Source of the DNA: Thainema sp. | GTDB lineage: Bacteria > Cyanobacteriota > Cyanobacteriia > Phormidesmidales > Phormidesmidaceae | Assembly (NCBI GenBank): GCA_052168235.1 | Contig: JBQLZK010000048.1 | Coordinates: forward strand, 1 to 59,749 | Length of the DNA stretch: 59,749 nt | Reading direction: 5' to 3' | Shown: positions 31,384 through 42,400 of the stretch, in pieces | Layout: every line of letters starts with the position of its first letter | Position numbering within the stretch: the first letter of the stretch is position 1 | Translations under genes and position numbers: made by a program | The notes under the pieces: model-generated | What the model saw: the letters and a program-made list of their open reading frames with translations, nothing else | The model's database searches: none | What the model was told of the DNA's origin: nothing

Positions 31384-31613
31384 GATAACTACGATGATGA
31401 AATGCTAGAGCGCAAAATGGAATTTGCCACGGTATGCCATTTTACTGCAAAGCGGAAAACCCTCTCATGGGATACTGAAACTTTTTGGGATTGCGCTGGC
31501 AGTAACTTGTGCATGAAACACATTCATTCAGCGTCATAATAGGGGCAATTGGCTCTGCACTTTAGTTTCATCTGTCTTATTTTTAGTTGTTCATCGGTTC
31601 ATAACATCCGTTT

Positions 31614-32132
31614 ATGTATTACCTTGTTGCCGTTTTTCGCGATCGCATCGAAGCCGAAGCTGCTTATACCAAATTGGAAGAAGGCAATATCCCCACCGAC
31701 GCAATGGCCATTTTGGGCCAGGGCTACCAGAGCGCTGACGAATTTGGCCTAATTGATCCCAATGAGCAGGCTTGGCGACAGGCTAAACTGATGGCAACTT
31801 GGCTGATCCCGTTTGGCTTTGTTGGTGGCGTCACGTTCAATGCGATTACCGGACTGGATACGTTCCCCTGGGCGGGTGAACTGGGCAATCGTCTCCTCGG
31901 TGGTCTGCTAGGTGCGATCGCAGGGGCAATGGGCAGCGTATTCGTCGGTGGCGGAGCCGGACTCGTGTTTGGCAGCGGTGATGCTCTGCCCTATCGCAAT
32001 CGGCTGCGGGCGGGTAAATATTTACTGGTCGTGCGCGGCACTGAACGGATTACCAACCAGGCAACGCTGATGATGCGTCCGTTTAACCCCGAAAACCTCC
32101 AGGGTTACGAAGCCCCCAGCGATGCAGTTTAG
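31614..32132 (+). CDS. Hypothetical membrane protein
   Basis: 172 aa with two Gly-rich hydrophobic segments. Confidence 0.75.
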   Translation: MYYLVAVFRDRIEAEAAYTKLEEGNIPTDAMAILGQGYQSADEFGLIDPNEQAWRQAKLMATWLIPFGFVGGVTFNAITGLDTFPWAGELGNRLLGGLLGAIAGAMGSVFVGGGAGLVFGSGDALPYRNRLRAGKYLLVVRGTERITNQATLMMRPFNPENLQGYEAPSDAV

Positions 32133-32208
32133 GTAGAGAATTTTTTCTATAATAGAAAGCCTAGCGAAAGCGCGCAAAAACTGTACTGTCGTTATTCCGT
32201 AAGCATCC

Positions 32209-33471
32209 GTGACCCAGACTCCTATCTCTCCTCAATCTGCTCCTTCTCCCACGTCCTTATCTGTGCGACCTGATCCGCTAGGACGCTACGGCCAGTTTGG
32301 CGGCAAGTACGTGCCGGAAACGCTGATGCCTGCTCTCAGTGAGCTGGAGGACGCCTACAATCGATACAAGGCCGACCCTGCATTCCAAGAAGAGCTGAAC
32401 GGACTGCTACGGGACTATGTGGGACGCGCCAATCCGCTGTATTTTGCCGAGCGGTTGACGGAGCACTACGCGCGACCGGATGGTACAGGGCCGCAGATTT
32501 ATCTGAAGCGGGAAGACCTGAATCATACAGGTGCCCACAAAATCAACAACGCTCTCGGCCAAGTTTTGCTAGCGAAACGAATGGGCAAACAGCGGATCAT
32601 TGCCGAGACCGGAGCGGGTCAGCACGGTGTTGCAACAGCAACGGTCTGCGCTCGCTTTGGTCTGGACTGCGTGATTTACATGGGCGTCCACGACATGGAT
32701 CGGCAGGCGCTGAACGTCTTCCGAATGCGGCTGATGGGGGCTGAGGTGCGCCCGGTGGAATCGGGTACGGGCACGCTCAAGGATGCGACATCGGAAGCGA
32801 TTCGTGACTGGGTGACGAATGTTGAGACGACGCACTACATTCTCGGTTCCGTGGCTGGGCCACACCCTTATCCGATGATTGTGCGCGACTTCCACGCCAT
32901 TATCGGTGAAGAAACCCGCGCCCAAGCTCAGGAAAAGTGGGGCGGACTGCCGGATATCCTGCTGGCCTGTGTCGGTGGTGGCTCCAATGCAATGGGCCTA
33001 TTTCATGAGTTTGTTCAAGACGAATCTGTGCGGCTGATTGGCATCGAAGCGGCAGGTTATGGAGTCGATACCGACAAGCACGCCGCCACGCTCACCAGCG
33101 GTCGCGTTGGCGTACTGCACGGTGCCATGAGTTATCTATTACAAGATGCCGACGGACAGGTGATCGAACCCCATTCGATCAGTGCCGGATTGGACTACCC
33201 CGGTGTTGGCCCAGAGCATAGCTACCTCAAAGAAATTGGTCGAGCTGAATACTACTCCGTCACCGATGACGAGGCTTTGGAAGCGTTCCAGTTGCTATCT
33301 CGCCTAGAAGGGATTATTCCCGCATTAGAAACCGCTCACGCTTTTGCGTATTTGGAAAAGCTTTGTCCCACGCTAGAAGGCAGTCCCCGAATTGTAATCA
33401 ACTGTTCGGGACGCGGCGACAAAGACGTGCAGACGGTTGCTAAGGTTCTGAAAGAAAAAGAGCAGCAGTAG
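32209..33471 (+). CDS. trpB: Tryptophan synthase beta chain
   Basis: [31 protein letters not shown]. Confidence 0.96.
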   Translation: MTQTPISPQSAPSPTSLSVRPDPLGRYGQFGGKYVPETLMPALSELEDAYNRYKADPAFQEELNGLLRDYVGRANPLYFAERLTEHYARPDGTGPQIYLKREDLNHTGAHKINNALGQVLLAKRMGKQRIIAETGAGQHGVATATVCARFGLDCVIYMGVHDMDRQALNVFRMRLMGAEVRPVESGTGTLKDATSEAIRDWVTNVETTHYILGSVAGPHPYPMIVRDFHAIIGEETRAQAQEKWGGLPDILLACVGGGSNAMGLFHEFVQDESVRLIGIEAAGYGVDTDKHAATLTSGRVGVLHGAMSYLLQDADGQVIEPHSISAGLDYPGVGPEHSYLKEIGRAEYYSVTDDEALEAFQLLSRLEGIIPALETAHAFAYLEKLCPTLEGSPRIVINCSGRGDKDVQTVAKVLKEKEQQ

Positions 33472-33555
33472 ATCGCTTTCCCTCCGACCAGCAGAGTGCT
33501 GCTAGAGTCAGCACTCTGCTATTTTGATCTTGACGTGACAAACAGCAGGTGAAAC

Positions 33556-34185
33556 ATGGCTGACGAGAAATTTCAGGTGTGCGATCGCGATTTGCCCAGT
33601 GAGGCTCTAGATCGCTATCTGGAGGCGGATACGCTGGCCGTAGATACGGAAACAATGGGTCTGCTGCCCCAGCGCGATCGGCTCTGTCTCGTGCAGCTTT
33701 GTGATCCCTCCGGTTTTGTATCCGCCATTCGGATTGAACGGGGACAGACGGCAGCGCCGAATCTAAAAAAGCTGCTGGAAGCGGAGCATGTGACCAAGAT
33801 TTTTCACTTTGCCCGCTTTGACGTGACGACGCTGCGTTATTACCTGGGCGCAGAGACAAATCCGATTTTTTGCACCAAGCTTGCCAGCAAGCTGGCTCGC
33901 ACCTACACGCCACGTCATGGTCTCAAAGACTTGGTCAAGGAACTGGAAGGGGTGGAACTAGACAAGAGTGCCCAAAGTTCCGACTGGGGCAACTGGGATA
34001 ACCTCACAGCGGAGCAGTTGGCCTACGCCGCTAATGACGTTCGCTACTTGATTCCCATGCGGGAGAAATTAATTCAAATGCTGCAGCGGGAAGAACGCTG
34101 GGAACTGGCGCAGCAGTGCTTCCAGTGCATTCCGGTGTTTGCCCAGTTGGATATTATGCAGTACTCCAATGTGTTTGAGCATTAG
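33556..34185 (+). CDS. rnd: Ribonuclease D-like 3'-5' exonuclease
   Basis: DEDDy motifs VDTET, FHFARFD, YAANDV. Confidence 0.85.
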   Translation: MADEKFQVCDRDLPSEALDRYLEADTLAVDTETMGLLPQRDRLCLVQLCDPSGFVSAIRIERGQTAAPNLKKLLEAEHVTKIFHFARFDVTTLRYYLGAETNPIFCTKLASKLARTYTPRHGLKDLVKELEGVELDKSAQSSDWGNWDNLTAEQLAYAANDVRYLIPMREKLIQMLQREERWELAQQCFQCIPVFAQLDIMQYSNVFEH

Positions 34186-34218
34186 AGTTTAGCGCTTTGA
34201 ATGAAGCATGCGATCGCA

Positions 34219-34758
34219 CTAAAATCCTCGCAGGACGGGTTCACGTAGTAGCTCTTGAGTCCCTTGGGTAACGGTGAGAAATTTGCCCCGTGGCGTGTCG
34301 GCCAAAATGTAGAGGTAGTCTCCATTGGCGGCTTCAAAGTAGCGGCCTTGGGGGTCGTAGTCGCTGAGGGGCAAACGAATTGAATTGCCATTACTCTGAT
34401 CGACGCCGACGTAATGGGATGGGAAATCGCCTCCACAAATGCTGACGATAAAATTCTGGGTTTGAGCTGTGATAAAGACGCTCTCATTCGGTCCACAATA
34501 ATGCGGGACTTGAGCAATCAGTTGAGCAACAGAATTTGGCTCTGAGAGTTGTTCCTGTTGTAGGGTTTGGGCTTGTCCTGGTGCTGTCGTCAGCTGAAGA
34601 ATAATTGATGCGCTTAGGCTACCTATTAATAACCGCTGGAGGGTTTGCATTTTGCGGGGCTGAGCAATTGTATGAGCTGTTGCGCGGGTTCGGGTTGTGA
34701 TGATGGAGCGGGAGAATAAGCGCGTGAGATGCGACATATTTTGTGTCCTTAATAACAT
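34219..34758 (-). CDS. Hypothetical exported protein
   Basis: Signal-like segment then C...AQTQNFIVSICG...YVG...NGDYLY domain; start uncertain. Confidence 0.6.
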   Translation of the reverse strand: MLLRTQNMSHLTRLFSRSIITTRTRATAHTIAQPRKMQTLQRLLIGSLSASIILQLTTAPGQAQTLQQEQLSEPNSVAQLIAQVPHYCGPNESVFITAQTQNFIVSICGGDFPSHYVGVDQSNGNSIRLPLSDYDPQGRYFEAANGDYLYILADTPRGKFLTVTQGTQELLREPVLRGF

Positions 34759-34951
34759 TAAATGGTGATCATATTGATGAGGGAACTACTCTAGATTTTC
34801 CAGTATGTTTCGCTCTTAGAAACATTTAAAGGGGTGAAGATACACAAATCGTATGATCTCCACCCATTAGAGTGAGTAATCTGTTTTATCGATTGGAGTG
34901 ACGAAGGAAACCCAATCTGTCCCGAATACGCGATCGCACCCTTAGATAGAT

Positions 34952-35548
34952 CTATTCTGGGGTTGGGGCAAAGTCAGGTACTGTTCTTGCCTCTGCTTCG
35001 GTTAGCGTGGTTGCCAATCCATTTTCTCGGATGTCTTCAATCAGCCATTCCATCTCTTTAATCTCTAAACGCTGCGATGTGATAATTTGATCGGCCAGTT
35101 CTTGAACGCGCAGATCCTCAATCTGAGCGCGCTCACTAGTTAAAATTGCAATCGAATGGTGAGGAATCATGCCTTCCATGTAATCCACATCATCGACTGT
35201 AACTTGGCTACGCACCAGCCACAGTGCTGCCCCAAAGAGCAGAATAGCGCTTATGTAGATGGCAATATTTACTCTCCTGTTTTTATACATGTTCAGCATG
35301 TATGACAGCATGATTACCATCATTGCGGCACCCATGATTAGAGCCATAAAAACTCGTGTTTCGCTAAACCAGGCGTGGTCGAGAATTTGGTAGGAATGCA
35401 GGTACATCAAGAAGAACATGACAACGATTGAGGTACCAATCATTGCGAAGAACCTGATATAGCTACTTGGCATTCCGTTATGATGCACAGTGTTTTGATC
35501 GTTTCCAATTGCGTTTTCTTGAGTAGGCATCGAATTTTTAGGGAACAA
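34952..35548 (-). CDS. DUF305-domain membrane protein
   Basis: Three Met-rich TMs, YMEGMIPHHSIAI...SQRLEIKEM. Confidence 0.82.
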   Translation of the reverse strand: MFPKNSMPTQENAIGNDQNTVHHNGMPSSYIRFFAMIGTSIVVMFFLMYLHSYQILDHAWFSETRVFMALIMGAAMMVIMLSYMLNMYKNRRVNIAIYISAILLFGAALWLVRSQVTVDDVDYMEGMIPHHSIAILTSERAQIEDLRVQELADQIITSQRLEIKEMEWLIEDIRENGLATTLTEAEARTVPDFAPTPE

Positions 35549-35927
35549 ACAATACAGAAGTCTTTTGAATATGACTTAAGATTTAGCTAATGATGGCTAG
35601 CCCTTACACCTATCAGAGGCATGAATTAAACTTCCATCAGATGAGATAGAGTCATTCCATCTGTGTTTCTTTCATCTGTATTTCACTGAGCCATAGGTAT
35701 CCGCTGTAGAGTGGGCGCTGCCTATCAGCACTAATTCAAACTGATTTGACACAGCACTAGCTGACTTGTTTAGAAATAAGATCCAAAAACAGGATTGTAG
35801 GAAAAACCCGCCAGCTCAGTTGATCCATACAGCTAGAAACCGAGTTCCTATACAACGAGAAACCCGGTTTCTGACTAAAGCTCAACCTAGTACCCAGCAC
35901 CTAGCACCCAGCACCAATACCCAACCC

Positions 35928-36782
35928 TCAGCACTCACGAAACACATACTCATACCAATTATCAACTGGACAATAGCCAATCTCTTTATAGATATGATTG
36001 GACGTTGGATTCGTCAGATCCGTGAATAAGTAACAGCGCTGGCAGCCCTGATCCAGCAGTTTTTGGCTCAATGCCGCAACGCAAGCAGTCGCATAACCTT
36101 TACGGCGATGCTCCAGCGGCGTATACACTGGCCCAATTCGTCCGGCTGCTGGAAGCGACTGGCTACCGCTAGCCCAGGAAACGGGGATGCTATCCTCCCA
36201 GATATGCATACTCTGCCGTTTGATACCCGCATCAACCGATTTCTGCGGATCTGGCTTCACAATGTCACCAATCTCGGCATTGAAATCCATCATCCATTGG
36301 ATCAGTAAATCGCGATCGCACTTCGTCGCAACTCGTAGCCGACCACTGGCCATCGCCACAGGTTCAACCCGCGTCAGCCGATGAATCCGCATCTCCATCG
36401 ACCGCTGCGCCGCGTATCCGGTCATCGCTTGCCAGGTTTTGACAAAGCTTTCTGCTTCCTCAACCAGTCCACTCACTCCTGGTAGGGGTTCCGCAGTCTG
36501 CTGCCAATCCTGAGCGATTAGTGCGATCGCATCCAAATCCTGCGCTTTGGAGAGCAACAGCTTATGGGGAGGCGTTCGCATGGCCACGGCTAGGATTTTG
36601 CCAGCGGCAGAAGTTGCGATCGCAAGATAGGGCGGATCGGGATAGCGGTCTGGATAGTGTAGCAACGTATGTGAAATCCCCAGCAGTAGGTTACTCTCAG
36701 CTTCGTACTGGAGCAGATAGTCCTGTGCTTCCTGCCAAAAGTTTTGGATGTCACTAAAACGGCGCAACTGCATGACGCACAT
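35928..36782 (-). CDS. GNAT family N-acetyltransferase
   Basis: RIGPVYTP..RRKGYA, LFTDLTNPTSNHIYKEIGY. Confidence 0.88.
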   Translation of the reverse strand: MCVMQLRRFSDIQNFWQEAQDYLLQYEAESNLLLGISHTLLHYPDRYPDPPYLAIATSAAGKILAVAMRTPPHKLLLSKAQDLDAIALIAQDWQQTAEPLPGVSGLVEEAESFVKTWQAMTGYAAQRSMEMRIHRLTRVEPVAMASGRLRVATKCDRDLLIQWMMDFNAEIGDIVKPDPQKSVDAGIKRQSMHIWEDSIPVSWASGSQSLPAAGRIGPVYTPLEHRRKGYATACVAALSQKLLDQGCQRCYLFTDLTNPTSNHIYKEIGYCPVDNWYEYVFREC

Positions 36783-36810
36783 CTATTTCAGGCTTGGATC
36801 AAGTAATTTT

Positions 36811-36841
36811 GTAGGTTGGGTAGAGCAACGCGAAACCCAAC
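36811..36841 (+). repeat. GTAG-type REP
   Basis: GTAG-GTTGGGT-AGAGCAACGCGAA-ACCCAAC; related copies at 53480 and 58383. Confidence 0.75.
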
Positions 36842-36879
36842 AGATTCAAGGTCTTAAGGGCTTAATCAACAATGCCACC

Positions 36880-37428
36880 TTACGCAATTCGGGTTAAGTA
36901 CTGTGGCGGCACCTGATCGACGAGCCACACGCCGTTTTCGGAACAGTAGAAGACAAAGCCTGCTTCTTGCATCGCGGTGGCATCAATGGTGAAAATTGCG
37001 GGGCGACCGTGGCGCATCCCAACTTTGTGAGCCGTTTCAATATCGGCGGACAAATGCACATGGTGTCGCGCCATTTTCAGCAGTCCTGCTTGCAAAATGG
37101 CCGATACAGATTTCTCGCCTGTGCCGTGATACAGCACGTCCGGCGGCGTTTGCGGCTCAAGCTGGAGGTCGATGCTGACGCTATGGCCCTGATTAGCCCG
37201 AATTCGCGTGTGGGTTGCATCAAAGGCAAAGCGCTGTTTGTCGCTAGCAGCCACGACTTGCTCTAACTCGGCACGAGTCACGACAAACTGATGGGCCGCA
37301 CAAGCGGCTAGCAGATCATCCACGTTGACCCAACCGCCTGCTTCTAGGGTTAGCCCAATCCGCTCAGGGGTGTGGCGCAGGTGCTTGCTGAGATATTTGC
37401 TGATTTTGACCTGTCGAGCGTTGTCCAT
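36880..37428 (-). CDS. kptA: RNA 2'-phosphotransferase (KptA/Tpt1)
   Basis: SKYLSKHLRH, KQRF, IRANQGHS, LYHGT, HVHLS. Confidence 0.93.
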   Translation of the reverse strand: MDNARQVKISKYLSKHLRHTPERIGLTLEAGGWVNVDDLLAACAAHQFVVTRAELEQVVAASDKQRFAFDATHTRIRANQGHSVSIDLQLEPQTPPDVLYHGTGEKSVSAILQAGLLKMARHHVHLSADIETAHKVGMRHGRPAIFTIDATAMQEAGFVFYCSENGVWLVDQVPPQYLTRIA

Positions 37429-37589
37429 GACTGACAGCCTTTGCTAAGTGGCGAATACTGTGTATTACAGGAATACTACACTTCACAATTAGCGATTCCT
37501 GAACGTTGCCGAAGATTTGCGATAATAGCCTTAACGGCATCTGCTTACACCACAGATACAATCTGAATGAGCTAACAAGGCTGAGCTAA

Positions 37590-37760
37590 ATGAGTCGGAA
37601 ATCTGAATTTCCCTTTGAAAGGGCAAGACGGAGTTACACCAGAAGAAAGCAAAAAATTCAGAGATGCGATCGCAAATCAGTTCCAGATCCAATGCAAGAA
37701 GCGGTATTCCTCTTCTCAAGATAAAGGAAAATGATGCAAACTCTGTTTCTACGTCTGATG
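37590..37760 (+). pseudogene. Frameshifted remnant of a BrnA-like antitoxin
   Basis: ATG 37590 gives MSRKSEFPFERARR; after a one-base shift near 37631 the frame reads VTPEESKKFRDAIANQF..., then stops. Confidence 0.5.
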
Positions 37761-37823
37761 CGATTTGAATTAAATCTTTTGAAGCACCTTTAAGGTTCTG
37801 ACAAATAAAGGGAGAATCAAGAA

Positions 37824-38780
37824 TTGGATTCCAATCAGATCAATATATTTAGCAGCTTCCTGTCCTCATACAACCAAGAACTTCTCAGCAAAGTGTCTCG
37901 CCTAGACAGATTAATTGGGCGCGACTATTGGCTTTCTGTCGGCAATTACAAGGAATCTATCCTTCGCAGTTTAATATCAAATACACTACCCAAAAAATAC
38001 GAAGTTAGTACTGGATTTATCGTCGCCTCTAACAGAGAAGGAAAAGTCTTAAAATCAAAACAAATAGATATAATAGTTTGGGATTCAGCGAACTATGCTC
38101 CAATATTTCGTGACGGAGAATTTGTTATTGTCACTCCCGAGTCTTGTGCTGCAATTATTGAAGTTAAAGGGAAATTGACTAGAGAAGAATTACATAAAGG
38201 ATTAAGAAATATTGATTCTTTAATGGAGTTGTATTTAACTGAGTACCCTATCAACAATTATATATGCAAGTATATATTCGCATATGATACCGATGTGGAT
38301 GTTAAGTTCCCCGATACTTTGTGGCAGGTGATTGCAAATAACTACAGCAATGATCAATTTCTTTCAATTGAAGAAAGAATGCAGCGTACAAGAAAAACAG
38401 GAAATTCATTTTATGCTTTGAATCCTTTATTTTCTGTCGATGCTATATTTGTTCTGCCTTTAGGTGTAATCAAAAGAGATTTCAGGAGTTCTAGCGATGA
38501 AGTTCGATTCTTTTTTAGTGCTTTCAAAACTGTCTCAGAAACTCATAATCACACATATGCATTTTTTGAAAGCGAACTTCAAGCTCATCTTGCCACGAAT
38601 GGCAGGTCAGGATTACTTTATGCATATCAGCCCGGTTTATTTTCAGTGAAAAAGAACATGAATATAACTTACGCTTCACCAAAGTCTTTGATGATCTTTC
38701 CCCCAGTAGAATGTGAAAGCCAGTTTCACAGAGATATCCCAAAGGAACAAGTATTTATTCCAAAAGGCAGCGATTTTTAG
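37824..38780 (+). CDS. DUF6602/NucC-like PD-(D/E)xK nuclease-domain protein
   Basis: GNYKESIL...LPKKYEVSTGFIV...SKQIDIIVWD...IIEVKG; AT-rich and HIP1-free. Confidence 0.7.
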   Translation: MDSNQINIFSSFLSSYNQELLSKVSRLDRLIGRDYWLSVGNYKESILRSLISNTLPKKYEVSTGFIVASNREGKVLKSKQIDIIVWDSANYAPIFRDGEFVIVTPESCAAIIEVKGKLTREELHKGLRNIDSLMELYLTEYPINNYICKYIFAYDTDVDVKFPDTLWQVIANNYSNDQFLSIEERMQRTRKTGNSFYALNPLFSVDAIFVLPLGVIKRDFRSSSDEVRFFFSAFKTVSETHNHTYAFFESELQAHLATNGRSGLLYAYQPGLFSVKKNMNITYASPKSLMIFPPVECESQFHRDIPKEQVFIPKGSDF

Positions 38781-38837
38781 GTTGCTCAACATAATGGTTC
38801 CAACTTTTACTGTAGTTTTAATACAAACTTATTTGTG

Positions 38838-39410
38838 TTAGGACAACTGCTCGATGTTTTCGTAGAGGGTTGCGATCGCACATTCAAAACCAATACTGGA
38901 AAACTCAATTGTGTCGTCTGCTCGGTAGATTTGAGGCACCCACAGGTTGTCAGACTTACGTTGAAAACGCTCCACAAGAACTTGTTTTTGGTGAATCAAC
39001 ACGTACTCTTCCAGCTCTGCGATCGTTTTGTAGTGAGAGAATTTTTCACCTCGATCAAACGCTTCAGTGGAGTCCGATAACACCTCAATAATGAGCTTTG
39101 GATGCAGAATAAAGTCTTCGTTCGAAACCCGATCTCGCTCATCACAGGTCACAGCCAGATCCGAGTAGTAAAACACGTTCAGCTCCGGCAACCGCACCTT
39201 CATATCGACGGCATAGGAAATACAGCCCGTGCCCCGCAAATGATTCACTAGCAGCGCCGAAAGATTGCCCGTGATGATCACATGCGCTTTACTGGCTCCA
39301 GCCATCGCCACCAGTTGCCCTTGCAGATACTCATGTTTAATCGGGCTAATGCGCTCGATTTCTAGATATTCCTCGGGGGTGAAGTACGCATGGCTGGTGT
39401 TGATGGACAT
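38838..39410 (-). CDS. Uma2 family endonuclease
   Basis: TPEEYLE...HEYLQG..AMAGAS..H, IIEVLSDSTEAFDRGEKF..Y. Confidence 0.9.
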   Translation of the reverse strand: MSINTSHAYFTPEEYLEIERISPIKHEYLQGQLVAMAGASKAHVIITGNLSALLVNHLRGTGCISYAVDMKVRLPELNVFYYSDLAVTCDERDRVSNEDFILHPKLIIEVLSDSTEAFDRGEKFSHYKTIAELEEYVLIHQKQVLVERFQRKSDNLWVPQIYRADDTIEFSSIGFECAIATLYENIEQLS

Positions 39411-39458
39411 TCTTGGCTCTCCTGTTAAGGATGGCTATGAGTCATCATAGTTCACGAG

Positions 39459-42400
39459 TTATGTTCTGGCTTCAATGTCGGCTTCGGCTTGATGTGCGAT
39501 CGCACGGAGTTGTTCCAGCATGTCAGACGGTGCTGATTGCCATAAACCTCGCTGCTCAGCTTCGAGTAGACGTTCGGCCATATCGCGCAGTGCCCAGGGA
39601 TTGTGCTGCTGGATAAACTCTTGTACATGAGGATCGAGCATGTAAGCCTCGGTTAGGCCCTCATACATGTAGTCCGCGACGCAGTGCGTGGTGGCATCGT
39701 AGGCGAAGAGATAGTCCAGCGTTGCCGCCATCTCAAAGGCTCCCTTGTAGCCATGCCGCATGACGCCGCTGATCCACTTGGGATTGACCACGCGAGAGCG
39801 GTAGACGCGGGCAATTTCCTCCTGTAGGCGACGCACTTTGGGATTCTCCGGTTGGGCATGATCGCCAAAGTAGGTGACGGGATTTTGCCCTTGGGTGGCG
39901 CGGATGGCGGCGGTTAAACCACCCTGAAACTGATAATAGTCATCGGAATCGAGCAGATCATGTTCGCGGTTGTCCTGATTGTGCAGCACAATTTGCATTT
40001 GCTGGAGGCGCTGCTGGAATGCTTCCGGGGCGGAGCGGCCTTCGGCTTGGCGACCATAGGCATAGCTGCTCCAGTTGATATAGGCACGAGCGAGGTCTTC
40101 GTCATCCGTCCAGTTCTGGGCTTCGATTAATCCTTGCAGTCCGGCTCCGTAGGCTCCCGGTTTTGAACCAAAAATGCGAAACCGCGATCGCACATTGGCC
40201 TGTCCTTCATTCAAACCTTGCGCTATCCAGTCTGCCGTTTCCTGCTGGACACGGTCAGCCAGGGGATTCAGGTCTGCGGGTTCGTCTAGACTGGCCACGG
40301 CTTCCACCGCCTGATCGAACAAGTCAATCAAATTGGGAAAGGCATCGCGAAAGAAACCGGAAATCCGCAGCGTCACATCTACTCGGGGTCGCCCCAAAAT
40401 CGACAGCGGCAAGATCTCAAAATCAACCACTCGCCGCGACGGGCCATCCCAAACGGGCTGCACACCGAGGAGTGCAAGAGCCTCAGCCCAGTCATCGCCT
40501 CCGGTTCGCATGGTGGACGTGCCCCACACGGAAAGGCCCAGGGTTTTGGGATATTCGCCTTGCTCCTGGGTGTAGCGAGCAATGAGGACTTCAGCCGCTT
40601 TGCGACCGACTGACCAAGCACTTTCGGTCGGAATGGCGCGAATGTCCACCGAGTAGAAGTTGCGTCCGGTGGGCAGCACTTCCGGGCGACCCCGCGTTGG
40701 CGCACCGGAGGGGCCACTGGGCACATACTCACCGCTGAGTCCCCGAATTAGCTGGGTAATTTCCTGGCGAGTCTGCTGGAGCGCAGGCAGGAGGTGCGTC
40801 GCGATCCATTGAAGCTCCTGTGCAAGAGATCCCCCTAAATCCCCTGATCCAGTTCCCCCTTTTTTAAGGGGGGTTAGGGGGGATCGAGCAGCAACTTGGC
40901 GGTTTTCTGAATTGCCGCTAAGTGTAGATCCCCCTGAATTCACCTTCAAGTCCTGGGTAGGGGCGAATGGCCATTCGCCCCTACGTAACGATGGTTCTAG
41001 ATATTCGGAGATTTGCAGGTTGTTTTCCTCCAGCAAACCCTCTACTAATCGCGCAGCTTCAATCTCCAACTGCTCTACCACGTCGCCAACCGTGCGGCAG
41101 AGTGCTCCATTCAGCGTCACGCTTGGCTCTAGCACCTCGCCAAAATCCTGCGTTAGTGGGTCAATGTCCAAATTCCAGGCCTGTGCGATCGCACGTGTTA
41201 AACCCATTCGTCCACCCGCTGGCGATCGAGCAATGGCAATGATCAGGTCGCGCAACTGCCGTCCTTGGGGACACTGTCCATAAATATGTAAGCCATCGCG
41301 AATTTGGGCTTCTTTGAGTTCACAGAGATAGCCGTCAAGTTGCGTCAGGAGTGTGGCAGTATCGGCGGGGTCATCAGTCGGGTTCGACAACTCTTCTATT
41401 AAATGTTCGGTGGTGACGAGGTTGAAAATGCGATCGCGGATTAAACCCAAGCGCGATGGATCGAGCGTCTGGGCTTCGTAATACTCGTCTACCAACTGTT
41501 CCAGCTGTTCCAAGGGGCCATAGAGTTCCGCGCGGGTGAGCGGTGGCGTCAGGTGGTCAAGAATCACCGCTTGGGCGCGACGTTTGGCTTGGGAACCTTC
41601 GCCGGGGTCGTTGACGATAAATGGGTACAAATGGGGCAGCGGGCCGAGCGCCACTTCGGGATAGCAGCTTTCCGATAGCGCAATGCTCTTGCCCGGTAGC
41701 CATTCCAGATTGCCGTGCTTGCCGACATGGACAATCGCCTGAGCGCCAAAGTGGTGGCGTACCCAGTGGTAGAACGCCAGATAGGTGTGGGGTGGTTCTA
41801 AATCTGGAGCGTGATAGTTGAGCGCTGGATCGAGGTCATAGCCACGCGCGGGCTGAATGCCGACAAAGACGTTGCCTAAGTAGATACCAGGAACCGGAAA
41901 GACAGGTGTATCAGCAGCAGGAAGCTGCACGGCATACTGAGCGGCATCGCCCCAGCAATCGCAGATTCCCTGCTGAGCGGCTTGGGGAATTTGCGAGAAA
42001 TAGGACTGGTAATCTGCGATCGCAACTTGCTGCCCCTCGCGCCGACCTGCTTGCCAGAGCGCTCGACTTTCGGCATCGTTGGTCACTCCGGCAGTTAAGC
42101 GCTGAATCAGGTCTGCGGTGGATGTAGGGATATCGGCATTGAGCGTGTAGCCTGCTTCCTGTAGCGATTTGAGAATTTCCAAACAGCTTGCAGGCGTGTC
42201 CAAACCGACACCGTTCGCTAACCGACCGTCGCGGGTGGGATAGTTAGCCAGGATGAGGGCAATTTTGCGATCGCAAACCGGAGTTTGGCGCAGGTTTACC
42301 CAGTTCAGCGCCAGATCGGCCACGAACTGCACCCGATCAGCTAGTGGTTCGTAACCGACAATATCGGTTTCCAGGGCTTCACTGCGGCCTTGGACGGCTT

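Noticed and set aside
35830..35920. AGAAACC(C/G)..TT(T/C)CT palindromes and CCCAGCA heptamers
   Set aside because: Short, degenerate and of common cyanobacterial repeat types; too weak to delimit as an element.
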